Positions 16,399 to 25,416 of a stretch of DNA of 64,000 nucleotides are shown here, piece after piece (position 1 is the first letter of the stretch; each line of letters begins with the position of its first letter). A program made the position numbers and the translations under genes. Source of the DNA: a bacterium (lineage in GTDB: Bacteria > Patescibacteriota > Minisyncoccia > Sungbacterales > SURF-37); NCBI GenBank assembly GCA_030648055.1, contig JAUSHI010000004.1, positions 12,836 through 76,835 on the forward strand, written 5' to 3'. A model generated the notes under the pieces. The model saw only the letters and a list, made by a program, of their open reading frames with translations. It was not told the origin of the DNA and made no database searches.

Positions 16399-16569
16399 TT
16401 ATCGGGCGTACGGGTCGCCGGATATTTTGCCATCATCGCGTTTTTCATCTCCGAATATGCGGTTCAAGAGATTCATAAAGCGTTTTTCAGCTAAACGCTC
16501 ATCCCTTTCGTCAAGGTCTTCCATGCTTGGTCCGTAAGGCCCACCCTGATAGCTGTGATCGCAACTCAT
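16399..16569 (-). CDS. small acidic hypothetical protein (56 aa, below track cutoff)
   Basis: Manual ORF MSCDHSYQGGPYGPSMEDLDERDERLAEKRF... with SD AAGGGGGA. Its stop overlaps the SD of the next ORF. Confidence 0.4.
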   Translation of the reverse strand: MSCDHSYQGGPYGPSMEDLDERDERLAEKRFMNLLNRIFGDEKRDDGKISGDPYAR

Positions 16570-16587
16570 CGTTTTGATCCCCCTTTC

Positions 16588-17238
16588 TTATATTCTGACG
16601 CCGAGTTCGGAAAGCTGGAGAAAGGTTTTTGTCACCCAAACCGGATTATGATGGATGGCGTACCACCCCATGGCGCGCGCCACTTCAATGTTATCTCGCC
16701 GGTCATCAATAAACACGCATTCAGCCGGTGTCAGTTTAGTTCTCCATGGATACTCACTTTGCGCTCGCCTAAGCGCAATCTCATAGATTTGCGGGTTTGG
16801 TTTATCAACGCCTTCACGGCATGAATAGATACGCGGCCGGAATTGCATGATGGAGCCGCACGAAGTGACCTCTTCAATATCGGAAATATGCAATTCATTG
16901 GTATTTGAGATAATGCCCATGGGATAGGCATTTTGTCGAAGAAGGGTCACAAGCCGCCATACGCCAGGGCTTGGCTTAAGTGTTTTTTGCCAACGCGATA
17001 AAAGCCACTGGCGGTCTGGTATGCCAAGAAGTTGTTGAATCTTGATGCCGAAGTATTCGGTAGAAAGCAGACCTAAGTCGTATTGAACAACTAGGCCGCC
17101 CTTCGTAATTTTTCCGTATACTTCGTGTGGGGTAAGGCGAGGGTTGGAATTTTCGGCGAGATCCGACATCAGACCATCGGCATAACTGTCGTAGAGAACG
17201 TTACCGATATCAAACCAAACCATGCGTATGTTAGGCAT
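16588..17238 (-). CDS. HAD-superfamily hydrolase (subfamily IA-like)
   Basis: Motif I WFDIGNVL, motif II ISNT, motif III/IV K..(N)P.IY...FIDDRRDN. Confidence 0.85.
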   Translation of the reverse strand: MPNIRMVWFDIGNVLYDSYADGLMSDLAENSNPRLTPHEVYGKITKGGLVVQYDLGLLSTEYFGIKIQQLLGIPDRQWLLSRWQKTLKPSPGVWRLVTLLRQNAYPMGIISNTNELHISDIEEVTSCGSIMQFRPRIYSCREGVDKPNPQIYEIALRRAQSEYPWRTKLTPAECVFIDDRRDNIEVARAMGWYAIHHNPVWVTKTFLQLSELGVRI

Positions 17239-17315
17239 CTTATGCCCCCCTTTTAAAAGAACTCATCTACTTTATATCATTTATTATAGCTTTGCAACAG
17301 AATATAAGGAAATTA

Positions 17316-17355
17316 AATTACCGTTTAATATGCTATAGCATATTAAACGGTAATT
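17316..17355. repeat. 40-bp perfect palindrome between the ROK kinase and HAD genes
   Basis: AATTACCGTTTAATATGCTA|TAGCATATTAAACGGTAATT, verified base by base. Confidence 0.9.
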
Positions 17356-17373
17356 ACAAAAAACGCCATTACA

Positions 17374-18198
17374 CTAAATGTGGCTTTCGGCCGCGCTCAG
17401 CGCGGCGCCGATTACTCCGGCGTTTTCACCGAATCTTGAACGTATGATTTTTGGAAGCGGCAGTTTTGATGAAAGGCGCAAGCTCTTCATTTTAGAAATA
17501 ACTTTGGCTATAAATTTTTTATCCCATAAGGAAGATAATCCCCCGCCGATTACGATATATTCCGGAGCGAGAGCGTAGGTGATATTGAGGAGTCCAACGG
17601 CGATTGCCGCTACAATTTTTTTTACATCAGCTGTCCCCTTTTTACTCCTCAAGAATTGCTTTGTGCTTGTCGTTTCCCAATCAACAAAACATTTAGCATT
17701 TAGCATTCGGCATTTAGCATTTATTGTCGTGTGTCCGAACTCTCCGGCCCAGCCGAGAGTTCCCTTGTAAAGTTTTCCATCTATGACAATTGCTCCTCCG
17801 ATGCCTGTTCCGAAAGCAAGGAAAACAAAATCTTTTGATTTGCGGCCGATGCCGTATTTAAGTTCGGCGAGGGAGGCAGCTTTCACGTCGTTTTCAATAA
17901 TTACCGGCGCGTGATAAATCTTGCGGAGTTTATTTAAAATTTGTTCAGGGTTTAGTGTTCGTATATTCGCGCAAGTTATGATTTTGTTATTTTTACCCAA
18001 TACGCACGGAACGCCCAGGCCGATGCCGGTTACTTTTGATTTTCCCGAGGTAAATTTGACGGCGGCAAAAATGGCTCGGTTAATTCCCGCGGTGTTTTTT
18101 TTGCGATATGCTATTTTTGTATTACACAAAATTTTATCACCGTTTACCAGTGCCACAGCAACTTTTGACGCCCCGATATCAATGCCAAGTGTTAGCAT
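17374..18198 (-). CDS. ROK-family sugar kinase (glucokinase-like)
   Basis: LGIDIGASKVAVALV, GTGIGGAIVIDGKLYKG, GWAGEFGH. The usual Cys-rich zinc motif is replaced by a GCTAAAT-repeat-encoded NAKC..NAKC segment. Confidence 0.85.
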   Translation of the reverse strand: MLTLGIDIGASKVAVALVNGDKILCNTKIAYRKKNTAGINRAIFAAVKFTSGKSKVTGIGLGVPCVLGKNNKIITCANIRTLNPEQILNKLRKIYHAPVIIENDVKAASLAELKYGIGRKSKDFVFLAFGTGIGGAIVIDGKLYKGTLGWAGEFGHTTINAKCRMLNAKCFVDWETTSTKQFLRSKKGTADVKKIVAAIAVGLLNITYALAPEYIVIGGGLSSLWDKKFIAKVISKMKSLRLSSKLPLPKIIRSRFGENAGVIGAALSAAESHI

Positions 18199-18210
18199 AT
18201 TTTTGTTTTG

Positions 18211-18900
18211 TTATTTTAAAATAAAAGTTTTGCGATGGTTGTCGGAATAACCATGCCTGCCTATCAACTCTCTATGGAGCTCGGTGCCGTAACCCTTGTG
18301 AATATCAAAACGATATCGCCGGTCTTTTTTATGGAGATGTCTCATGGCTCTATCTCGCGTTACCTTTGCCATTATTGAGGCGGCCGCAATTACTTTTATC
18401 TTTTCATCCCCTTTAATTATTGAACGATGCGGGATGTTTTCGGGCAGGCGCAATCCGCCGTCAAGATATACAAAGAACCCTTTGCCGCGCAAACCGAGTT
18501 TTTTAATCACTCTTAGCGAGGCCATATTTGCGGCCACGCTTATATTTACGCGGTCAATGATTTTGGGGGTAACACGAGATACTTCCCAGCGCAATTCCGG
18601 CTTTGATAAAAAATACTCAAACCATTTTTCGCGTTTTTTAGGAGTAAGTTTTTTTGAATCGCGGAGCGCGCCCAAATTAGAATTTCGCGGAAAGAAACGT
18701 CCTCGCGCGGCAAAACCCGCAACAACAACCGGTCCGGCAAGCGCCCCCCTACCCACCTCGTCTATCCCAATTATTATTTTTTGATGTTGACGGCTTAAAT
18801 TCATGCGAACATTATTTCGTAACGGGCGACCAGCCACGGCTGGTTTAGCCCTGCCTACCTCATCGATTCCTATTATTATTCTTTGCTTAGAAGGCGACAT
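18211..18900 (-). CDS. rnhB: ribonuclease HII with a tandemly duplicated N-terminal segment
   Basis: IIIGIDEVGRGALAGPVV catalytic start, then ...DSKKL...KGD. A second IIIGIDEVGR copy lies upstream in frame. Core start is probably ATG 18804. Confidence 0.9.
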   Translation of the reverse strand: MSPSKQRIIIGIDEVGRAKPAVAGRPLRNNVRMNLSRQHQKIIIGIDEVGRGALAGPVVVAGFAARGRFFPRNSNLGALRDSKKLTPKKREKWFEYFLSKPELRWEVSRVTPKIIDRVNISVAANMASLRVIKKLGLRGKGFFVYLDGGLRLPENIPHRSIIKGDEKIKVIAAASIMAKVTRDRAMRHLHKKDRRYRFDIHKGYGTELHRELIGRHGYSDNHRKTFILK

Positions 18901-18948
18901 AGTTTTATAATACCGACAAAAGCCGTTCTTTCAAAACAGGAGCCAAAA

Positions 18949-19626
18949 ATGCGATACAAAATGGTTGTTTTTTTGTTTGCCGTCTCTTTAATTGTGCCAC
19001 AGGCAATCGCGGCCGAAATAGAATCAACTGCGCCGCTCCCCATTCGTCAGATAACGATAACTTTTTTGGTTGACCATGACTGGCTTGAACAAAGCGATGC
19101 GGGTCTTGCTCAAGAATTTGACGAGCTTGCGCGTTTCAGCACTAAGGTATACGAAAAAGAATTCGGAATAGTTTTTGCCGTTGGCGCCGTAAAGATATGG
19201 GAGTTTTCGCGCGGAAAAGCCGAATTGAATATTGATAAAGCGCTTCGTGACGTAACGCTTGTAGCCCGTACAGAACCCACAGATATTACCATCGGCATAA
19301 CTAATAAGATTATGTTCCACTGCGAATCGGCCGGAAAAGAAGATGAAAATATTTTTCAAAGCAAGTTATGCCCAAAGGGTGAAATTATGAGAATTTACAG
19401 CGGTTTCGCTTATATAAATGGAAATGCCGCGGTTGTTTCGGCATTACGAGACGTTGAAACCAACCTGATCCATGAGATCGCCCATCTTTTCGGAGCGATT
19501 CATACCGATGAAATTTCCGTAATGCAAGAACGCGATAGCCGTACAATAATTTTTGACAAGAAAAACCACGACATTATTATGCAAAACCGCATGCGTGTTT
19601 TTGAAAGAATGTTCAATCTCCCCTAA
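18949..19626 (+). CDS. secreted zinc metalloprotease-like protein (HExxHxxGxxH)
   Basis: Signal-like N-terminus MRYKMVVFLFAVSLIVPQAIAA after SD AGGAG. Metzincin-type HEIAHLFGAIH motif. Confidence 0.7.
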   Translation: MRYKMVVFLFAVSLIVPQAIAAEIESTAPLPIRQITITFLVDHDWLEQSDAGLAQEFDELARFSTKVYEKEFGIVFAVGAVKIWEFSRGKAELNIDKALRDVTLVARTEPTDITIGITNKIMFHCESAGKEDENIFQSKLCPKGEIMRIYSGFAYINGNAAVVSALRDVETNLIHEIAHLFGAIHTDEISVMQERDSRTIIFDKKNHDIIMQNRMRVFERMFNLP

Positions 19627-19637
19627 CGGGAGATTTT
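19617..19637 (+). terminator. hairpin terminator with the stop codon in its loop
   Basis: TCTCCC-CTAAC-GGGAGA followed by TTTT. Confidence 0.6.
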
Positions 19638-19703
19638 ATTAATTTTAGATTGCTCTATTTTTTGAAATTCTGCTATTATGCAAAAAGGTATAATCTGAAA
19701 TTA

Positions 19704-22700
19704 ATGAAGTTTACCCACCTACATGTCCATTCGCACTATAGTTTGCTTGACGGGCTTGCCAAAATTGATGAGCTAGTTAAACGCGCCCAGGAATTGGGCA
19801 TGAACGCGTTGGCGCTCACCGATCATGGAAACCTCTACGGCGCGATAGAGTTTTACCAGAAAGCTAAGGAGGCGGGCATTAAACCGATTATCGGGGTTGA
19901 GATGTATATAGCTTCGGGCTCAATGCGCGATAAAAAGCCGGGCGTTGATGATAAGCGTTATCACTTGACTCTTCTTGCTAAAGATTACGAGGGCTATAAA
20001 AATTTAGTTAAACTTGTAACCAAAGCGCACCTGGAGGGCTTTTATTATAAAGCGCGGGTGGACAAGGAATTGCTTCGCGCGCATAGCCGCGGTCTTATCG
20101 CGCTTTCAGGATGCATGGCGGGCGAAACCGCGCGCACCGTAAGAGCCAGACGAATGGAGGCGGCCGAAACGGTAGTTAGAGAATATCAGGATATTTTTGG
20201 CAAAGAAAATTTTTATCTTGAACTCGGCGCGCATATTAATGACCCGGATCAAAAGATAGTAAACCGCGGAGTTATTGAGTTAAGCAAAAAAACAGGCCTG
20301 CCTCTTGTCGCGACCGGCGATATTCATTATGTAATGCCGGACGATTCCGAAGCGCAGGATATTTTAGTATCGGTGCAAACCGGCAATAGGGTTGACGATG
20401 AGAACCGCCTCACTATGCGCTCCATGAATCTTTCCATGCGTTCCACTGAAGAGATGGCCGCTCTTTTTCCGGAGCATCCTGAAGCCATCGCCAATACCGA
20501 AGAAATAAGCTCGCGTGTAAATATTGAAATCCCGCTCGGATCGTGGACATTTCCCGATTTAGAAATACCCAAAGGAACAACCTACGATACCGAACTTGAA
20601 CGGCTCGCTTATGAAGGCATTATTCGCCACGGATTAGAGAAAACAAAAGAAGTTGAAGACCGAGTTCAATATGAATTAGGCATAATTAGGGACAAAAGAT
20701 TTTCCCCTTATTTTTTGTGCGTGGCAGATCTTATCCGGTTCGCGAGAGAAAAAAATATTCTTACAAACGTCCGCGGTTCCGTCGCTGGTTCCCTCGTCAC
20801 ATATCTTATCGGAATTACCAATATCAATCCATTGAGCTATCGCTTGCCGTTTGAACGATTTTTAAATCCTGAACGTCCGTCAGCGCCCGATATTGATATG
20901 GATTTTGCCGATAACCGGCGGGATGAAGTGATTCACTACGCCAAAGAAAAATACGGCGAAGACAAGGTGGCTCAGATTGGTACCTTCGGCACCATGATGG
21001 CCAGAGCCGCGGTGCGCGATGTTGCCCGAGCCCTCGGGCATCCATATAATGTCGGTGACCAGATTGCCAAGCTTATTCCCATCGGCTCGCAGGGTTTTCC
21101 CATGACACTTAACCACGCGCTTAAAATTACGCCCGAACTTCGCGAACTCTACGCAAAAGACCCGGTTTCAAAACAAGTTATAGAGCAATCAAAAAAACTT
21201 GAAGGGTGTGTGCGGCACATTTCGGTGCATGCCGCCGGGGTGGTAATCGCCCCGCGTCCTCTTGATGAATATGTCCCGCTTCAGTTTGACCCTAAAGGCG
21301 GGAAAATAATTACTCAATATGACATGCACGCGGTTGAGGCCGTCGGTCTTCTTAAATTTGATTTTCTCGGCATCCGCAATCTTGCAATTCTCGGAGACGC
21401 TGTGGACCTGGTAAAGAGGCACCGCGGCATTACGGTTGATATTGAAAAAATTCCGCTTGACGATAAGATAACATTCGCGATGCTTTCCCGAGGCGAGACG
21501 ATGGGACTTTTTCAATTAAACGGTTCCGGTATGACGAAATATTTAAAAGATCTCCGCCCATCAAACATTCTTGATATCAACGCCATGGTAGCGCTCTACC
21601 GCCCGGGACCGCTTGAATCAATCCCCACTTATATTGAGCGCAAACACAACGCGAGCCGTATTTCATATCTTGACCCACGGATGGCGACAATTCTTGATCA
21701 ATCGTATGGCGTCATTACTTATCAGGATGATGTCATGCTTATCGCGATTCATTTGGCCGGGTACTCGTGGCTTGAGGCGGATAAATTACGGAAGGCCATG
21801 GGAAAGAAAATTCCGGAAGAAATGGAGGCGCAAAGAGAGAAACTTATTACTGGGCTTATAAAAAATGGAATGATTAAAAGAAAAGCAAATGAACTTTGGC
21901 TTTTGATTGAACCTTTCGCGGCTTATGGCTTTAACAAGGCCCACGCGGCGAGTTACGGGCGCGTTGCGTACCAGACATCCTACATGAAAGCGAATTTTCC
22001 GGGAGAATATATGACCGCGGTTTTGACCGCTGAATCTGGTGATAATGAGAAAATTGCCGAAATTATCAACGAGTGCGTGCGTATGGGCATTCCGGTTCTG
22101 CCGCCGAGCATTAATGAAAGTTATGCAAAATTTACTCTTATTAAGGGTGCAGAAAACATCGGTGATAAAATACGGTTCGGACTTGAAACAGTTAAAAATG
22201 TCGGAGCGAATATAGTAGGCGCGATAATTAACGCGCGAGAACAAAAGGGGCGTTTCGCATCAATTACGGATTTTATTGAAAAAGTTTCTCATAAGGATTT
22301 GAATAAAAAATCTCTTGAGTCGCTGATTAAATGCGGCGCGCTTGACGAATTTGGTGACCGAAATCTTTTTTTGCAAAACTTGAATACAGTTCTTGAATTC
22401 AACCACGAGTATCAGCGGCAGGTCTCAAAAGGTCAGACGAGTCTTTTTGGGACAACCGCGATAGTGGCCGCGCCGACTATTCGCTTGAAGCCGGTGGAAA
22501 ACGCGTCTAAAAAGGAAAAACTCACTTGGGAAAAGGAGCTTTTGGGGCTTTACATTACAGAGCATCCGCTTGAAGAATATCGTGAAAAGTTTCAGAATAA
22601 CAACATATTGTCGGTTGCGGAATTAGCAAACCAGCCCAAAGGAGCGCTCGTAAAAATTGGCGGCTTGATACAGAGCGTCAAAAAGATTATCACCAAGGCC

Positions 22701-22895
22701 GGCTCCCCGATGCTTTTTGTCACGCTTGAGGACTTAAGTGGAAAAACGGAAGTCCTGGTTTTTCCAAAAGTTTTAGAAAAAACCGCGACGGCATGGATTC
22801 AAGACAGGGTGGTTATGGTTAAAGGAAGAATTAGTGATTCATTGCGTGATGATTCGCCAAAAATTCTTTGTGAGGATGTGAGAGAGGTTATATGA
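19704..22895 (+). CDS. dnaE: DNA polymerase III subunit alpha
   Basis: PHP domain FTHLHVHSHYSLLDG, polymerase core ...PDIDMDF..., OB fold at the C-terminus. The track ORF starts upstream at 19650. Confidence 0.95.
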   Translation: MKFTHLHVHSHYSLLDGLAKIDELVKRAQELGMNALALTDHGNLYGAIEFYQKAKEAGIKPIIGVEMYIASGSMRDKKPGVDDKRYHLTLLAKDYEGYKNLVKLVTKAHLEGFYYKARVDKELLRAHSRGLIALSGCMAGETARTVRARRMEAAETVVREYQDIFGKENFYLELGAHINDPDQKIVNRGVIELSKKTGLPLVATGDIHYVMPDDSEAQDILVSVQTGNRVDDENRLTMRSMNLSMRSTEEMAALFPEHPEAIANTEEISSRVNIEIPLGSWTFPDLEIPKGTTYDTELERLAYEGIIRHGLEKTKEVEDRVQYELGIIRDKRFSPYFLCVADLIRFAREKNILTNVRGSVAGSLVTYLIGITNINPLSYRLPFERFLNPERPSAPDIDMDFADNRRDEVIHYAKEKYGEDKVAQIGTFGTMMARAAVRDVARALGHPYNVGDQIAKLIPIGSQGFPMTLNHALKITPELRELYAKDPVSKQVIEQSKKLEGCVRHISVHAAGVVIAPRPLDEYVPLQFDPKGGKIITQYDMHAVEAVGLLKFDFLGIRNLAILGDAVDLVKRHRGITVDIEKIPLDDKITFAMLSRGETMGLFQLNGSGMTKYLKDLRPSNILDINAMVALYRPGPLESIPTYIERKHNASRISYLDPRMATILDQSYGVITYQDDVMLIAIHLAGYSWLEADKLRKAMGKKIPEEMEAQREKLITGLIKNGMIKRKANELWLLIEPFAAYGFNKAHAASYGRVAYQTSYMKANFPGEYMTAVLTAESGDNEKIAEIINECVRMGIPVLPPSINESYAKFTLIKGAENIGDKIRFGLETVKNVGANIVGAIINAREQKGRFASITDFIEKVSHKDLNKKSLESLIKCGALDEFGDRNLFLQNLNTVLEFNHEYQRQVSKGQTSLFGTTAIVAAPTIRLKPVENASKKEKLTWEKELLGLYITEHPLEEYREKFQNNNILSVAELANQPKGALVKIGGLIQSVKKIITKAGSPMLFVTLEDLSGKTEVLVFPKVLEKTATAWIQDRVVMVKGRISDSLRDDSPKILCEDVREVI

Positions 22896-22899
22896 AAAT

Positions 22900-22929
22900 G
22901 CCGTGAAGTTCTTTCACGGCGTTCTTTTT
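22900..22929 (+). terminator. rho-independent terminator of dnaE
   Basis: GCCGTGAA-GTTCT-TTCACGGC followed by GTTCTTTTT. Confidence 0.7.
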
Positions 22930-22937
22930 AAAATGTC

Positions 22938-23255
22938 TTATCTGAAACATTTGTGTGACGGAGCGTTATCTGGAACAGAGAAATATATGGACTCTTTGTA
23001 GATATGCATCGTTAACTCTCCTGCAAGATGCAGATCAAAAAGTATATCCACCACCTCTTCTGCTCTTGCGATGACCTCATATATATCCGCGAGGCAATCT
23101 TTAATTTTTATGGGGTTAAGTGGTTCAGCATCGTCGCAGTAATGTCCAATACACTCTTGGACATAAGGCTGGAGTTCCAACTTGGTAAGCGCATGCGTCG
23201 CCATTGTTTGCTCCATCCGTAAAAAATGTGGTAAAGTACCTAAATATAGTAGCAA
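22938..23255 (-). CDS. hypothetical protein
   Basis: 105-aa ORF convergent with dnaE. No motif recognised and the start is uncertain. Confidence 0.4.
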   Translation of the reverse strand: MLLYLGTLPHFLRMEQTMATHALTKLELQPYVQECIGHYCDDAEPLNPIKIKDCLADIYEVIARAEEVVDILFDLHLAGELTMHIYKESIYFSVPDNAPSHKCFR

Positions 23256-23259
23256 AAAG

Positions 23260-25005
23260 ATGAAAAAAGGTCAAGGCAACGTGAATATTGATTCCATCCG
23301 CCACTCTCTTGCCCATGCGCTGGCAATGGCGGTTTTAAAAATGTTCCCGACGGCTAAATTGGGCGTTGGGCCGATTATTGAAAACGGCTTTTATTATGAT
23401 TTTGAACTTCCCTCCCCCATTACCGAGGCGGATTTTGAAAAACTTGAAAAATCAATGCGCGGAACCATTGCGCGGAAGTTAGATTTTGCGGGCCGAAAAA
23501 TAACAGCAGTGGAAGCAAAAAAGATTTTCAAGGATCAGCCGTTTAAATTGGATCTTATTAAAGATTTTGTAAAAGAAAAATTAGAGCTCACGGTGTATCA
23601 AACAGGCGAATTTACCGATCTTTGCCGCGGTGGACATGTTAAAAATACCTACGAAATAAATCCCGACGCGTTTAAGCTGACTAAGGTTGCCGGAGCTTAT
23701 TGGAAGGGCTCGGAAAAAAAACCCCAACTTACGCGAATTTATGGAGCCGCGTTTGCGACAAAAGAGGAATTAGACGGCTATATTAAGAGACTTGCCGAGG
23801 CCGCGACCCGCGATCATCGGAAATTAGGGCGCGAGCTCGGCCTATTTGTATTTTCAGAATTAGTCGGCCCCGGCCTCCCGCTTTACACCCCGAAGGGCGC
23901 GGGCATTCTTAACGCGATTAAAGATTACTCAAGAGAACTTCGCAAAGAAATAGGCTATAAAGAAGTGCAGACGCCGAATATGAACAAGGGCGAGCTTTTT
24001 AAGCGTTCTGGCCACTACGATAAATTTAAAGAGAATATGTTCCTGGTGCGGTCCAATTACACCGAGGAGGAGTATTTTTTGAAGCCGATGAATTGTCCCC
24101 AGCATACGCAAATTTTTGCCGCAGAGCCGAGAAGCTATAAAGATTTGCCGCTGAAATTAGCCGACTTCGCCGTTCTTTATCGCGATGAAAAACCCGGAGA
24201 GCTCGGCGGTCTGACGCGGCTTCGCGCTTTTTCCCAGGACGATGGGCATTGTTTCTGCCGCGAGGATCAGATTGAACGCGAGTTTGAATTGGTGCTTGGC
24301 GTAATTAAAAAAGCGATGGAACGCTACGGCCTTTCATACTATGTACGGCTCTCACTTCGCGATGAAAAGAATAAGCGCGCGTATTTGGGTTCCGATGATA
24401 TCTGGCAGAAATCACAGAAAACCCTCCGCGAACTTCTTGAAAAGCGCGGCGTTGAATTCGTAGTTGCGGAAGGAGAAGCGGCATTTTACGGTCCAAAAAT
24501 GGACTTACTGGTGCGCGACTCGCTTGGACGGGAATGGCAGCTTTCTACCATTCAGCTTGATTTTAATATGCCGGAACGCTTTGGACTTTCTTACACCGAT
24601 ACGGACGGCAAAAAACAGTCCCCGGTCATGATTCATAGCGCTCTTGTGGGCTCACCGGAACGCTTTCTGGGTATTCTTATTGAGCACTATGCGGGTGCAT
24701 TTCCATTATGGCTTGCCCCCGTGCAGGTCACTATTTTGCCGATTAACGATAAGGTACTTGAATATTGCGTAGGCATCCGCAATAAGCTTTATGCCGTGAA
24801 TATGCGTGTTTCCATGGATGAGCGCAATGAAACTATCGGTAAGAAAATCCGTGAAGCAGAATTGCAAAAAATTCCATACATACTGGTTGTCGGAGAGCGC
24901 GAAGCTTCAAGCGAAACCGTGAGCGTCCGGGAGCGTGGAAAAGGAGACACGGGGGCAATGTCTATTGCAAAATTTTTAGATACAGTGTATAGTAGACAAA
25001 GTTAA
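23260..25005 (+). CDS. thrS: threonine--tRNA ligase lacking the N-terminal TGS domain
   Basis: Starts near the IRHSLAHALAMAV editing-domain motif. Class II core FRDE..., anticodon-binding C-terminus. ATG at 23260. Confidence 0.93.
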   Translation: MKKGQGNVNIDSIRHSLAHALAMAVLKMFPTAKLGVGPIIENGFYYDFELPSPITEADFEKLEKSMRGTIARKLDFAGRKITAVEAKKIFKDQPFKLDLIKDFVKEKLELTVYQTGEFTDLCRGGHVKNTYEINPDAFKLTKVAGAYWKGSEKKPQLTRIYGAAFATKEELDGYIKRLAEAATRDHRKLGRELGLFVFSELVGPGLPLYTPKGAGILNAIKDYSRELRKEIGYKEVQTPNMNKGELFKRSGHYDKFKENMFLVRSNYTEEEYFLKPMNCPQHTQIFAAEPRSYKDLPLKLADFAVLYRDEKPGELGGLTRLRAFSQDDGHCFCREDQIEREFELVLGVIKKAMERYGLSYYVRLSLRDEKNKRAYLGSDDIWQKSQKTLRELLEKRGVEFVVAEGEAAFYGPKMDLLVRDSLGREWQLSTIQLDFNMPERFGLSYTDTDGKKQSPVMIHSALVGSPERFLGILIEHYAGAFPLWLAPVQVTILPINDKVLEYCVGIRNKLYAVNMRVSMDERNETIGKKIREAELQKIPYILVVGEREASSETVSVRERGKGDTGAMSIAKFLDTVYSRQS

Positions 25006-25079
25006 GTGGCTCTTCTGTAAAAAGCAATGTGCGCGGCCGTGGCTTATTTTTTTTGACTAAAGAAAAGAAAGGGGTGGAG

Positions 25080-25307
25080 ATGACAAAAATGGTTCTGGAT
25101 TTGATCAAGCAGTCATGGAACGAGTACGAAGTCGCGCGGCATGAATACGAAACCAAGATTAAGGTAATGGAAGATTGTTATGCGGAAATCATTAAACTAA
25201 CTCGCGTATTAATAGTAAACGGCGCGGGCAAAGAGGTCAAAGAATTTTTGAGGCAAAACGGCATGCCAGTGAGAGCAATTATAAGGAAGGCTGGTTTACA
25301 AAATTAA
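25080..25307 (+). CDS. small hypothetical protein (75 aa)
   Basis: SD GGTGGAG before the ATG at 25080. Followed by terminator 25333..25357. Confidence 0.5.
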   Translation: MTKMVLDLIKQSWNEYEVARHEYETKIKVMEDCYAEIIKLTRVLIVNGAGKEVKEFLRQNGMPVRAIIRKAGLQN

Positions 25308-25332
25308 AAGCTTCGTATCACATAAGTTTGCG

Positions 25333-25357
25333 GGCGCATCCACAGGTGCGCCTTTTT
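25333..25357 (+). terminator. rho-independent terminator
   Basis: GGCGCA-TCCACAGG-TGCGCC followed by TTTTT. Confidence 0.7.
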
Positions 25358-25416
25358 CATATCCTGTTTTTGTGCTAATATAGCCGTATTAATAGCAATT
25401 AAGTAAGCTTGAATTT

